Positions 1 through 9,907 of a stretch of 64,000 nucleotides of DNA are shown here, one piece after another (the first letter of the stretch is position 1; the number at the start of each line of letters is the position of its first letter). Under the pieces are notes generated by a model. It saw nothing but the letters and a program-made list of their open reading frames with translations. It made no database searches and was not told the origin of the DNA. The DNA is taken from positions 7,900-71,899 of the forward strand of contig CALKUP010000015.1 in assembly GCA_937996685.1 (NCBI GenBank), in the 5' to 3' direction. This stretch comes from an uncultured bacterium (GTDB lineage: Bacteria; Patescibacteriota; Patescibacteriia; UBA9570; XYC2-FULL-38-9). The position numbers and the translations under genes are program-made.

Positions 1-1165
1 GATCTTGTTCCACTTCATGCATCCGACGTTCCATCTCAAGCAGCTTGTATGGCTTTTCAATCTGACACCCACTCCCCATTCGATCACCAACACGCACTGC
101 CATTAAGTCATCAATGTGTTCTTTACCGATTCGTTTCACTAATCGACGCACACCCGCGTCACTGACTTCCCCGACACTATAAAAAAACATATGATTGCGG
201 ACCAAGTGTTCTGCGCGTTCTGTATCACGCTTGCTGAATTGTAACCGTTTGAAAATATCACGCGTCATATCAGCGCCAACGTGCTCATGGTTATGAAATG
301 TTGCGTTTGGGAACTCCCCTTCTTTGGTACGTGGTTTTCCGACATCATGTAAGAGCGCGGCGAAACGAACAATCGGATCATCCGACGGGCAATACTGCAT
401 CGCTTGCAAATTATGCATGAAGACAGAATAGATATGATGCTTGTTTTGCGCACACTGCACACCTTCTAATAATTCCGGTAAGGTGTGTTGCATGAGACCC
501 GTTTCAAACATCAACCACAATCCCCGGTAATTATTATCCGCGGCGATCGTTTTCAGCAACTCATCACGAATCCGCTCTTGAGACACTTGGGTCAGATTAT
601 TTTTTAAATCCGCAATCGCCGCTTGAGTGTCAGGCTCGAGCGCATAATCAAGCTGCGCGGCAAACCGGCAGGCGCGCATCATCCGAAGGGCATCTTCAGA
701 AAACCGTTCATGCGGGACACCAACAGTCCGAACAATTTTATTACTCAGGTCTTTTTGCCCGCCAAACAAATCCACAAGAGTCACCCCGTCAGTGGCCATC
801 GCGTTGATGGTGAAGTCACGACGCTTCAAGTCCTCTTCCAATGAATCACCAAACTCTACGACATCTGGATGCCGGCCATCAGAATAGCCTTGCTCGGTTC
901 GATATGGCGTCACTTCAATTGTTTGCGGCATATCCTCGTCATCTGTCACCCGCACCGCGACTGTTCCAAATGCATTGTTATAGAGCGTGTCTTCAAAGAC
1001 CTCTTGGATCTGCTCCGGCCGAGCATTCGTTGTCATGTCGTAATCATGCGGGACAACACCACGTAAGAGATCGCGGACACTCCCTCCAACAATGTATGCC
1101 TCAAATCCAGCGTCATTCAAACGCTTGATTGTCTGCTCTATATAATATGGAAGCTGTATGTTCAT
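1..1165 (-). CDS. cca: CCA-adding tRNA nucleotidyltransferase (polyA-pol family, HD domain), truncated by window edge
   Basis: Hand translation (absent from ORF track): MNIQLPYYIEQTIKRLNDAGFEAYIVGGSVRDLL...DYDMTT; RRDFTINAMA and EDALRM motifs; ATGA overlap with upstream methyltransferase. Confidence 0.9.
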   Translation of the reverse strand, partial: MNIQLPYYIEQTIKRLNDAGFEAYIVGGSVRDLLRGVVPHDYDMTTNARPEQIQEVFEDTLYNNAFGTVAVRVTDDEDMPQTIEVTPYRTEQGYSDGRHPDVVEFGDSLEEDLKRRDFTINAMATDGVTLVDLFGGQKDLSNKIVRTVGVPHERFSEDALRMMRACRFAAQLDYALEPDTQAAIADLKNNLTQVSQERIRDELLKTIAADNNYRGLWLMFETGLMQHTLPELLEGVQCAQNKHHIYSVFMHNLQAMQYCPSDDPIVRFAALLHDVGKPRTKEGEFPNATFHNHEHVGADMTRDIFKRLQFSKRDTERAEHLVRNHMFFYSVGEVSDAGVRRLVKRIGKEHIDDLMAVRVGDRMGSGCQIEKPYKLLEMERRMHEVEQD

Positions 1166-1863
1166 TTTCGTAGGATCATCCAATAATTTGTTGCTGTATA
1201 TGTTTGATTCATTTTTACTGCGGGCTTTGCACGCTTCTCTAAACACACGATCTCAAAATGTGCATACACTTCACGAAGCTCTTCTTCTGTGTAATCTTTT
1301 TGAAATTTTCCATTTGGCCAAAAGCAACTATTCAATTCTGATGCCGGACGCGCAGCAATTTGTTGCGCTTCATATTCATCATCAACTGAAACAACCTGAA
1401 CGAGCGCGTACCCTCCTGGTTTCAGGGTTCGATGCATTTCAGTTATTGCAATCATTCGACCAACTGCAGAGTCGACGTCAATTGTCGCAAATGAATCAAC
1501 GATCAAATCAAAAGAATTATCAGAGAATGACCACGTCTCATCCATTCGATGTTGCACCGCATGAATGTTTTTAGATACACCGCGCGCAATTGCTTGAGCC
1601 GCACAACCCTCAACTGCTTCGGCAACAAAATCCATTGCTGTCACAGAAAAGCCAATTGATGCTGCGTAGAGACTATTGCGCCCTTTGCCGCAACCAATAT
1701 CAAGGACGCTTCCGCTTACAACACCGCGCTCTTTGAGAAACGCAAAAAAATCCACCACACCACCGGATGGATCAAGTGGTGTATCGGCAGTTTCGGACGG
1801 CAAAAAATCACCTGCGACGTGCTCTTGCTGCCAAATAGAAAATTGGTTGTCTGATTGAGACAT
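1162..1863 (-). CDS. class I SAM-dependent methyltransferase
   Basis: VLDIGCGKGRN motif I, SFDLI, LKPGG. Confidence 0.9.
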   Translation of the reverse strand: MSQSDNQFSIWQQEHVAGDFLPSETADTPLDPSGGVVDFFAFLKERGVVSGSVLDIGCGKGRNSLYAASIGFSVTAMDFVAEAVEGCAAQAIARGVSKNIHAVQHRMDETWSFSDNSFDLIVDSFATIDVDSAVGRMIAITEMHRTLKPGGYALVQVVSVDDEYEAQQIAARPASELNSCFWPNGKFQKDYTEEELREVYAHFEIVCLEKRAKPAVKMNQTYTATNYWMILRK

Positions 1864-1888
1864 ATATAAATGTCACTAATTATCTCTG

Positions 1889-1962
1889 TGTCCCGGACAC
1901 GATTCGAACGTGTGACCGCCAGCTTAGAAGGCTGATGCTCTATCCAACTGAGCTACCGGGAC
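1889..1962 (-). tRNA. tRNA-Arg(TCT), CCA not encoded
   Basis: Reverse complement GTCCCGGTAGCTCAGTTGGATAGAGCA..CTTCTAA..GTTCGAATC..CCGGGACA cloverleaf. Confidence 0.95.
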
Positions 1963-2133
1963 AAAAAATTGAATGTACAAAAATGTATATGGATACTATG
2001 TTTTTTTTACCACTTGGTCAATGAATGGTGAGTGGTATATCAAACCGCATCTATACTTTTTCAACACCATCACGCGCGACCCTTCCATTGTTTTTAGAAA
2101 TGTGTATGATACCCTCATACACCCCGATAGCGT

Positions 2134-3627
2134 ATGCAGATTTTTATTCATGGATTTATTTACACAGGCAGCGAAACCGAATGGGCGGACGCTCTTGTCA
2201 TTGACGGTGCTGGCATGATCTTGGCAGTTGGGTCACAAGAAGATCTACAGCGACGCTTCCCGAACGCGATTACAGAAGACCTGAACGGACAATATCTCTT
2301 CCCTGGTTTTATCGACGCACATTCACATCCTGCAATATTTTGTCGGGAAATTCGTGATCCCAATTTTGGCAACGTGCGCAACTGGAACATCGCGCGTTCT
2401 CACATTCAAGAATATATTCAAGCACACCCGAATCGTCCGTGGTATGTCATTTTTGGTTGGAATGAAAAAAAATGGGGCGAGCTCACTCAAGATATCCTCG
2501 ACACGGTGACCACAGACCACCCTCTCTTTATTATTCACGAATCAAATCAAAAGGGTGTTATTAACTCAATCGGAATTGAGACAATTCATGACACAGAAAA
2601 ACGACTTCGTCATACGAACGGTGTGATTCACGAACAAGATTTTCGGCGCGTACAAAAATACACCTTTCCATCATACGATGAAATCCTCACGCTCTTGCCA
2701 CGCTACCTGCGACAGATGCGACTCAACGGAACAACGACAGTCCACGACATGTTAGTCATGAGCATTGATCAGCTGCATGCATACATCACCCTTGATCAAG
2801 CAGGCCTCCTCCCATTAGAAGTCATTGTCTACCTCCATGAATCACTGCTGCACCACCCGGACATTGAAACGTACTTAAAATATACCGGCAAACACCTCAC
2901 GGTCGCGGGAATCAAAGTGTTCATCGACGGGACTGTTCGTGAGCACACTGCCCTGTTCCATGAACCATACAGCGATGGGATTGGCGGCACAGGACTTGCC
3001 AACGTCAGTGAAGAGACGATGCAAGAAATGATTGAACATGCGCAAGAGCTTGGTTTGCGAGATATTGCATTCCACGCCATTGGTGATGCTGGAGTGACTC
3101 GAGCAATTGACATGATTGAGTCGTATAAAAAAAATCAGCCCGACAGTCCGTTGCAATTTCGGATCGAGCACGCTGAATTTGTCCGACCTGCTGATTACAG
3201 CCGATTACATGATTTGGGCATTCGCGTTGTCGTTGAACTGACCAACGTTCTTGATCGCTTTCGATATGCTGACCGACTCGGATCACGCACCAAAGAAATC
3301 AACCGCTTAAAAGACTTGCGCGAAGCTGGCGTCTTTATCGGCACCGGCACAGAAGACAAAGGCATCACCCCAATGGGCGCCATTGCAGAAGCCGCAAAAA
3401 ATGACCTCCTCTCTGCACAGCGAATCTCAATTCACGATGGCTTTGAATTATTCCTCTCAGCTGGCGCAACACTCTCTCTGATGGATCAATTTATTGGATC
3501 ACTCGCGCCAGGCAAACGCGCAGACATGATGCTTTTGAGCGGAAATCCGTTTGAACGAGGCATTCAGCTACAGAGCGTTACGATCACCCAAACATGGTTT
3601 TCTGGCATCCCACAAAACATCCAATAG
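2134..3627 (+). CDS. metal-dependent amidohydrolase (YtcJ-like)
   Basis: PGFIDAHSH, KVFIDG, FHAIGD, RIEHA, GSLAPGKRAD motifs. Confidence 0.9.
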   Translation: MQIFIHGFIYTGSETEWADALVIDGAGMILAVGSQEDLQRRFPNAITEDLNGQYLFPGFIDAHSHPAIFCREIRDPNFGNVRNWNIARSHIQEYIQAHPNRPWYVIFGWNEKKWGELTQDILDTVTTDHPLFIIHESNQKGVINSIGIETIHDTEKRLRHTNGVIHEQDFRRVQKYTFPSYDEILTLLPRYLRQMRLNGTTTVHDMLVMSIDQLHAYITLDQAGLLPLEVIVYLHESLLHHPDIETYLKYTGKHLTVAGIKVFIDGTVREHTALFHEPYSDGIGGTGLANVSEETMQEMIEHAQELGLRDIAFHAIGDAGVTRAIDMIESYKKNQPDSPLQFRIEHAEFVRPADYSRLHDLGIRVVVELTNVLDRFRYADRLGSRTKEINRLKDLREAGVFIGTGTEDKGITPMGAIAEAAKNDLLSAQRISIHDGFELFLSAGATLSLMDQFIGSLAPGKRADMMLLSGNPFERGIQLQSVTITQTWFSGIPQNIQ

Positions 3628-3679
3628 TGCGACTATTGCATTTTTTTTTATTTTTGATATAGTAAGTCACGCAATTTAT

Positions 3680-3754
3680 GGTGGCTATAGCTCAGTTGGT
3701 TAGAGCATCGGTTTGTGGTACCGGGGGTCGTGGGTTCAAGTCCCATTAGCCACC
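3680..3754 (+). tRNA. tRNA-His(GTG) with G-1; full CCA not encoded
   Basis: GGTGGCTATAGCTCAGTTGGTTAGAGC..TTGTGGT..GGTTCAAGTCC..TAGCCACC. Confidence 0.95.
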
Positions 3755-3758
3755 CATG

Positions 3759-3797
3759 AAAAGAAAGGATGTCCCTCAGGGGGCATTTTTTCTTTTC
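3759..3797 (+). terminator. intrinsic terminator after tRNA-His
   Basis: GATGTCCC-TCAG-GGGGCATT hairpin plus T-tract. Confidence 0.75.
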
Positions 3798-3810
3798 ATT
3801 TGTTGAATAA

Positions 3811-3934
3811 ATGGACTTGAAGGGTATCCGAGATGACTGCCAAATGGCAGTCGACGAGGAACCCAGGTTTTGAAGGAGATGTGAGCCATGCCGCAAAGCG
3901 GCGGAGCGAGCATCGGGTGAAAAAAAGTCCCACC
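3811..3934. repeat. tRNA-linked structured element bounded by T-arm-derived inverted repeat
   Basis: ATGGACTTGAA (inverse of tRNA-His TTCAAGTCCCAT) ... AAGTCCCA; internal hairpins GACTGCC-aaat-GGCAGTC and CCGC-aaa-GCGG. Confidence 0.55.
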
Positions 3935-4114
3935 TATACCTTTATAAAATATTAGCTATCAAGAATAGGACTTCGATCGTATATTTGATTTGTTTATCAA
4001 AACAAGGTTCAATAGCTATATAACATTGTCGGAAAACCTTTTGCATCACAACAAATTAATATAATTTATATACTATATTCATACTTAAAATAAACATAAT
4101 ACATACTATTAATT

Positions 4115-4375
4115 ATGCAATTTATTAAAAAAACACTCGCTCATTTTACCGATATAATGCTTGTCGCAATATTAATTGTACTTATTTTAATTCTTCAAAA
4201 AATACCGCCTGCACAACATTTCTTAACTGCAAATGAAGCGGCGAATGCAAAAATTAACCCACGAGATCTACCTGCGGTTTATATTAAAAATAGCTCACTG
4301 ACTATCGACGGAACTGTAGATGTAGAAAAAATACAAGATAGGGTTGATGTAAAAATTGACGATAGTTTATTTTAG
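4115..4375 (+). CDS. hypothetical membrane-anchored protein (AT-rich island)
   Basis: ORF with N-terminal hydrophobic helix. Confidence 0.6.
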   Translation: MQFIKKTLAHFTDIMLVAILIVLILILQKIPPAQHFLTANEAANAKINPRDLPAVYIKNSSLTIDGTVDVEKIQDRVDVKIDDSLF

Positions 4376-4414
4376 ATATCGATAATTATAATAAACATTC
4401 AATACAATATTTGT

Positions 4415-4669
4415 ATGCTAAAGAACATTTTAAAAAAAATCCCTTGGGTTAAATTAGTGCTTATTTTAATAATTGTTTTAAGTGTTGTGTTTATTTTTTA
4501 TTGGTATTCATGGCAACCAACTGAAGCGCGGAAATCGTGCGACAATGAAGCAAGAGAGGGAGTAAAATCAAACATAGAAAAAAAGAACATAGAAAATAGC
4601 AGCGACCTCTACAGTACTTATACTACTTATTATGAGCGATGTTTGCATCAAAAAGGTTTAGCTAAATAG
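4415..4669 (+). CDS. hypothetical membrane-anchored protein with Cys pair (AT-rich island)
   Basis: N-terminal TM helix, two Cys in exported part. Confidence 0.65.
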   Translation: MLKNILKKIPWVKLVLILIIVLSVVFIFYWYSWQPTEARKSCDNEAREGVKSNIEKKNIENSSDLYSTYTTYYERCLHQKGLAK

Positions 4670-4735
4670 TAGAAGTATCTTCTATAACATTGAAACAAGA
4701 ACCTAATATTATAATCGAGGCACTTGCATTGTTTT

Positions 4736-5341
4736 TTACCAACTCGTTGAAATAGCAAATACCACCAGAAAAATAATACCTAGTCTAAACGTAACATTAA
4801 TATAACTAGGAAGTGCCTGATTAATTTTTTCAGCTGATTTTCTTTTTTGACTTGCCAACTCTTTTTGTTTTTCAAAAAACTGTAGATTGTTTGTCGTACT
4901 TTTTTTGTCTTCCTCTAAAGTCCCATCCCGCATAACTAACATTCCCAGTTCATGTAATGCAAGTTTGTTTTTCTTATCGCGCGCTTCAAAATCAGCGTAA
5001 TCACTCATAGTGTCCCAATACATGGCATCGAGATGACGTTTCGAGAATAAGAGCACTAAAGCAATCGTAATCGCAAAAAATATCCACGCGAGCCAAAGTG
5101 TATGAATGTTTGTTAAAAAGCATAATATCACCACTCGATTTAAATCATCAATTTTATCAATATAAGAAACCGACAATGCAATCGCGCCACCAGAAACCGT
5201 GCCTATATACGCGTAAAATTTAGCATACTCATTCAAAGTACTGCGGTTAGCGGTTTCAATTTTCTCTTTGTGTAACGGCCGTTTTTTATCAAGCTCTCGA
5301 CGCTCTTCCGCCACATCTTGTATCTGCAATTCTTTGTCCAT
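4736..5341 (-). CDS. hypothetical multi-TM protein (AT-rich island)
   Basis: Long ORF with three hydrophobic segments; start taken at MDKELQ. Confidence 0.7.
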   Translation of the reverse strand: MDKELQIQDVAEERRELDKKRPLHKEKIETANRSTLNEYAKFYAYIGTVSGGAIALSVSYIDKIDDLNRVVILCFLTNIHTLWLAWIFFAITIALVLLFSKRHLDAMYWDTMSDYADFEARDKKNKLALHELGMLVMRDGTLEEDKKSTTNNLQFFEKQKELASQKRKSAEKINQALPSYINVTFRLGIIFLVVFAISTSW

Positions 5342-5714
5342 AGGAATAAATCTACCATATACATTTATATGTTCCAAGGATATTTATTTATTTGGTTACG
5401 CAAGTGCTTTGTTGAGACTGAAAGATATGCCATGTTAGTTGATATAACTGCATGTCCCTTCACGCAGAATTTGAAACTTTCCGCTTCTACTAAACATATA
5501 ACAATTCAGTCCGAACCTCATCCAGCAACCGACCGATGATAAGAAATGAACTTGAAGGGCATTGGCCGCTCAAGTGTTGTCTAAGGAAAATATAACCAAA
5601 GTTCTATAGAAAAACTCCGCTTCAAATGTAGATTTTTTTGATATAAAAAAAGGGTGACGAGGAGACGGCATCGACGAGCGCACAATTGCACTTGAAGTTG
5701 CCGCCCCCCGAGGC

Positions 5715-5960
5715 TCACTGCGGGACGCCGGGATTGGCGAGGTGGAACGCAAGCTTCACAACGAGAAGGCAGAGGATCATCGTCCCCAGACCACTCACCA
5801 TCCCACCCGCGCTGATGCTACCGAGCCTGTAGGACTTCGAACGGATGACGACCAAGCGACCGGGCTGCAGTGCCCCGATCACGCCGAAGATGGTCCCTGT
5901 GCCAAGACCAAGAGCCGCGCCGATCAGGCAGATCGGTTGTACGAGACCAAGGAGCTCCAT
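5715..5960 (-). CDS. small two-TM membrane protein, cassette A
   Basis: AAGGAGG SD, TTGACA-16-TAGGCT promoter, 3' hairpin plus U-tract; paralog of 9550..9765. Confidence 0.75.
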   Translation of the reverse strand: MELLGLVQPICLIGAALGLGTGTIFGVIGALQPGRLVVIRSKSYRLGSISAGGMVSGLGTMILCLLVVKLAFHLANPGVPQ

Positions 5961-6047
5961 GGCTTCCTCCTTTTGTAAGATGTCGCCTTGTTAAGTAAGC
6001 GACTACCATGGGTATTGCCAGCCTACCCCTAACAGCTGTTTTGTCAA
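5958..6047 (-). repeat. 90-bp promoter/leader repeated at 9763..9852
   Basis: Gapless alignment, about 71/90 identical by hand count. Confidence 0.9.
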
Positions 6048-6100
6048 CGACAACAAGAATGCCGTGGAACATTAATCCACGCTTCCTCAACAAGCCGAAC

Positions 6101-6478
6101 TCAATGATTGTGGTCTGGTGTAAAAAATGTTATTTCAAATCCTTCAGGGTCAGCTATACAAAACGATGTGTCCCCCCAATCATTTTTCCGTATTGGAAAA
6201 ATAACACTTTCATCATCCTTAAACTTTTCCCAGATTGCATGCACATTGGAAACCCGCAAAGAAATATCGTTGCTGTAGGCCGCTCCATCACTTTGATGCG
6301 CGTCAGATAAAAGCTCAATAATGCCACTCCCCGTATCAAACATTACACCGCGATGCGCAGGACCATCATTCCATTCTGTACGTACGGAAAATCCAAGTGT
6401 GTCAGCATAAAATGCCCGAACACGATCAAAATACTTTGGGTATAATTTTAAACGAAATTCTAAAACGTCAATTTTCAT
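6101..6478 (-). CDS. VOC/glyoxalase family protein
   Basis: AFYADTLGF...WGDTSFCIADPEG. Confidence 0.85.
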   Translation of the reverse strand: MKIDVLEFRLKLYPKYFDRVRAFYADTLGFSVRTEWNDGPAHRGVMFDTGSGIIELLSDAHQSDGAAYSNDISLRVSNVHAIWEKFKDDESVIFPIRKNDWGDTSFCIADPEGFEITFFTPDHNH

Positions 6479-6576
6479 AAGGGAATTCTACAGGTTCTTA
6501 CTTCGTCCAGCAACCAACCTCATGATAAAAAAGGATGTCCTTCAGAGGCATTTTTTTGGAGCGCACTGTGCCTCAC

Positions 6577-7587
6577 CTACATCACTGACGGCAATACATC
6601 TTTAAACTGCTTAAAATGTTGCAACGCCCGATCCTGCAGCATTCTCTCTACCTCATCATTTTCCGCTCCCTCCTGATTTACAAAACGAACCAATATTGCC
6701 TTGCTATTTCTTTTGAGCTCATCAATAACCTCCTGAATATCTTGAACATACTGAGTGATAATTTCTTTAGCTTCCTGGATAGAGCACTGTAATTCTGTCG
6801 CGATACTATTCACAGTATTTTCATCAATACTATCGATATTGATATCTTGAATAGATGTATTTTCAGTTAACATTGAAAAAAGATACCATTCCAATTTTGG
6901 TGAATCAAGATACGAACCAAACACACCGCCATATATCAAATCAATCTGCACCAACTCCGCGAGCAACCATTCCTTCTCAATGGGCTCGTTACTATAGATG
7001 CGCTCTATATCAAAATGCTCATTTTCAACAAGCAATGAAGTCTTCTCTTTTTCAGCGTAAATAGTGGGTGATATAAACGCATGTGCTTGTGGCATTGCCG
7101 CATACAAACGTTGTTCCGCTGTATGACACTCCTCCATCGCCTCTCTATACTCCACTTCTAAATCATATCCAATATTTCGTAGCAGGATTGGATTTTTCTT
7201 ACACGTCTCAATCTGCTCTGGCGTTGCATTCCGCGGATAGAGCACGCCAAAATTCAACACATATTCAAATTTATCCATAGCCGACATACGCATCGGTCGA
7301 CCGTCCTTTCCAACACCTTCATCGGAAGTCCATTCAAATCCTGGAATGACGTAATTATGTGCGTCAAGAAATGTAAAAATCTTTTTTCTTATGTGACTTA
7401 GTGCTGTTTTATATGGCTGCAGTTCTGTTTTCAGAGAGGCATCCCAATTCTCCATTGCACTTGCGTATTCCATATCATTGCTCACCTTCTGGTGTACGAC
7501 TGGATTATTCATTTCTTCCCGAAAAAAAGCCCATGTACTATCAGCTTTTTCAGAATCAAACGCAATATATTGTATATCTATACTCAT
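6577..7587 (-). CDS. hypothetical protein
   Basis: Long ORF, start taken at MSIDIQY; no motif recognised. Confidence 0.7.
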   Translation of the reverse strand: MSIDIQYIAFDSEKADSTWAFFREEMNNPVVHQKVSNDMEYASAMENWDASLKTELQPYKTALSHIRKKIFTFLDAHNYVIPGFEWTSDEGVGKDGRPMRMSAMDKFEYVLNFGVLYPRNATPEQIETCKKNPILLRNIGYDLEVEYREAMEECHTAEQRLYAAMPQAHAFISPTIYAEKEKTSLLVENEHFDIERIYSNEPIEKEWLLAELVQIDLIYGGVFGSYLDSPKLEWYLFSMLTENTSIQDINIDSIDENTVNSIATELQCSIQEAKEIITQYVQDIQEVIDELKRNSKAILVRFVNQEGAENDEVERMLQDRALQHFKQFKDVLPSVM

Positions 7588-7733
7588 AGATCGATTGTAG
7601 TTGAGCGGCAATGTACTGTAAAGGACGTCTTTAAGATAAAAAAATAATCTGAGAGCGATGCCTTGATTTTTTAGCTCCGTTATTGTACACCACACCTACC
7701 GCAGTTTTGATCTCAACAGACACGGAGGTTCAC

Positions 7734-8177
7734 ATGCCTATTGTCCGGACCCTGAAACCTCATTGCGGCTACACTCGCCTCATGCTCCACAACACGTGGC
7801 GCAAGGATTGTGGCTTGTACTGGTTCATCGTGTTGCAGCTCGAGGACGATCTCCTGATCATTCTCTCGAATACCGAAGGAGAGCTCGCTCCAACAATTCG
7901 TCAACTGGCTCACAAGGCCATTGAGATGGAAATGGAGCCAATGAAGACGGACTCGCTGTTCACCGACATAATGCGCATCAACCCCGAAGCGCTGCCTATC
8001 GTTGCGACCGGTGCCCTGCACGTGTACAAGAGCGTTCTAGAGTCATACGGCTCCGATCAAGAGCTTTGGGATCGACGCGTTCTCTGGGCGCCGCACTCCC
8101 TAAACACAATGCTTTTAGATGTGCAACTCAACGACGCTGTCCAGGCAGGGATCGAGGAATTCCTCTGCCAGGACTAG
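7734..8177 (+). CDS. hypothetical protein, cassette C
   Basis: GGAGGT SD before ATG 7734; GC-richer codons; terminator 8222..8247. Confidence 0.7.
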   Translation: MPIVRTLKPHCGYTRLMLHNTWRKDCGLYWFIVLQLEDDLLIILSNTEGELAPTIRQLAHKAIEMEMEPMKTDSLFTDIMRINPEALPIVATGALHVYKSVLESYGSDQELWDRRVLWAPHSLNTMLLDVQLNDAVQAGIEEFLCQD

Positions 8178-8309
8178 GCGCTACCGGTCATAAAAAATCA
8201 CAGCACAATTTACTGTCGTTTGCGGACCTGACCACTCCGCTTTTTTTCTTATTATGATTTTTTGCTTCTCAATTTTATCTAGACTATACTAAAAAAATCT
8301 ACATACACT

Positions 8310-8888
8310 ATGAAATATCAAACACCTCTCATTGCAACAACCACCTTTTTAGGAGTCATTGTTCTCATAGGAATCTATCAATATGCCTTTAACAGTGACG
8401 GTGATCTATTTGATGCGTTACAATCATCATCTGCCGTCGAAACAACGTTTCATGAAAATACAGACAGGATAAATCAAATTCATACAACTACCAAGGAAAC
8501 GAACCAGAGCTTTTATTTGCGACCATGGACAACAGGCTGCATCAACACCCTTGATACACAATGCGTAGAAAAATCAGCACTAGACAGCATTGGTTTGCTT
8601 GCCTTTAAAACCGATCCGAAATTCAAACAGGTAGAGCACCTGAAAGAGTTTGGTGAATCAACTTGGTTTACATTTGATGAGCGAAAACATTTTGATAAAC
8701 GTCGAGAAATTGGCATCGTTCTTGTAGACGACCCTGACTCTTTTATCAAAACATTGCACGACTCTCCTTTTTACGAAAACATCGATCAGCTCGACAAACA
8801 CATTACAGAACACCCAACCGCAACCAGTTACGCATTTGCCCGTATAGAAAATGGTGTATACGTTTTTTATCAATACACGCCATATTAG
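8310..8888 (+). CDS. hypothetical membrane-anchored protein
   Basis: N-terminal TM; TATACT upstream. Confidence 0.7.
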   Translation: MKYQTPLIATTTFLGVIVLIGIYQYAFNSDGDLFDALQSSSAVETTFHENTDRINQIHTTTKETNQSFYLRPWTTGCINTLDTQCVEKSALDSIGLLAFKTDPKFKQVEHLKEFGESTWFTFDERKHFDKRREIGIVLVDDPDSFIKTLHDSPFYENIDQLDKHITEHPTATSYAFARIENGVYVFYQYTPY

Positions 8889-9025
8889 TTCAGTGGATAT
8901 ACAGTTCTCTTTTTTTTATAACGAACCTACACTCTTCCCTGTCATTTCATATAGATTTATATGTCTCTGTATGCTTAAATACAGGTATTATTTAATATAC
9001 GTATTTATTCAATATTCTACACACT

Positions 9026-9397
9026 ATGGCGACAATAAATCCTTGGATCAATTTTAATGGCAATGCTGAAGAAGCATTTGATTTCTATCAATCAGTGTTC
9101 GGCGGCGAAGTAACAAAAGCAGAAAATGGAATGTTTATTTCTTTGCCGATTGGTAAAGAGAATCGCCTCATTGCCAATAATGTTCCACCAGAAATGGGCC
9201 GTGTGAATGAAAATGAAAATAGAAGCAAAATTGCAGTGAGCGCGGAAAGCAAAGAAGAAGCTGATAGAATTTTTAACGGCCTTTCAGCGGGCGGTGCTGT
9301 TGAAGTGCCAATGTCTGATGGCATGGGATTCTATATGGGGATGTTTCGAGATCAATATGGCATTGAATGGATTATTGAATACACACCAAATAACTAA
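9026..9397 (+). CDS. VOC family protein (PhnB-like)
   Basis: INPWINFNGNAEEAFDFYQSVFGG...GMFRDQYGIEW. Confidence 0.9.
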   Translation: MATINPWINFNGNAEEAFDFYQSVFGGEVTKAENGMFISLPIGKENRLIANNVPPEMGRVNENENRSKIAVSAESKEEADRIFNGLSAGGAVEVPMSDGMGFYMGMFRDQYGIEWIIEYTPNN

Positions 9398-9422
9398 CTC
9401 TTCAAAAGTAATAAAAGACTAC

Positions 9423-9452
9423 AAAAAATCCGCTGACTATGCGGATTTTTTT
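9423..9452. terminator. bidirectional intrinsic terminator
   Basis: AAAAAATCCGC-tgactat-GCGGATTTTTT between convergent genes. Confidence 0.8.
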
Positions 9453-9549
9453 ATACGATACAATAAGAAATAAGGACAGGAGACGACTATCTTCAAGCGC
9501 GTGTTGCACTGAAAGTTGTCGTCTCCGAAAGATCAGCTTTCTTGCAAAG

Positions 9550-9765
9550 CTAGAAGTACTGCAAGTAATTGAAGATGATCAGCCCGCACGAGATACTCAT
9601 CAACCCAGCTGTAAAGGCAACGGATATAATCTTGCCTAAAGGGTACGTTTGAGAGCCAATAGGCACCGGGACAGTACTCTGGATCATGACGTTGACGCTA
9701 AAAAGAGCAACATAAGACGTCATCAACCCGCCAATCACGCACAGGATCGCAGCAAGGATCGCCAT
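9550..9765 (-). CDS. small two-TM membrane protein, cassette B
   Basis: GGGAGG SD, TTGACA-16-TAGGTT promoter, 3' hairpin 9479..9526; paralog of 5715..5960. Confidence 0.75.
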   Translation of the reverse strand: MAILAAILCVIGGLMTSYVALFSVNVMIQSTVPVPIGSQTYPLGKIISVAFTAGLMSISCGLIIFNYLQYF

Positions 9766-9907
9766 GGTTTCCTCCCTTTGTACGATGTCGCTCTGTTGAG
9801 TAAGCGACGACCATGGATACTATAAACCTACCTTTTGTGGCTGTTTTGTCAATAAAAAAGGCTCCATACAAAAAACGTCACATACGGATTGACCAACCGT
9901 TTTTTTA

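Noticed and set aside
5661-9526. Cassette 3' hairpins as integron attC sites
   Set aside because: No RYYYAAC/GTTRRRY ends, cassettes are dispersed with own promoters, no intI
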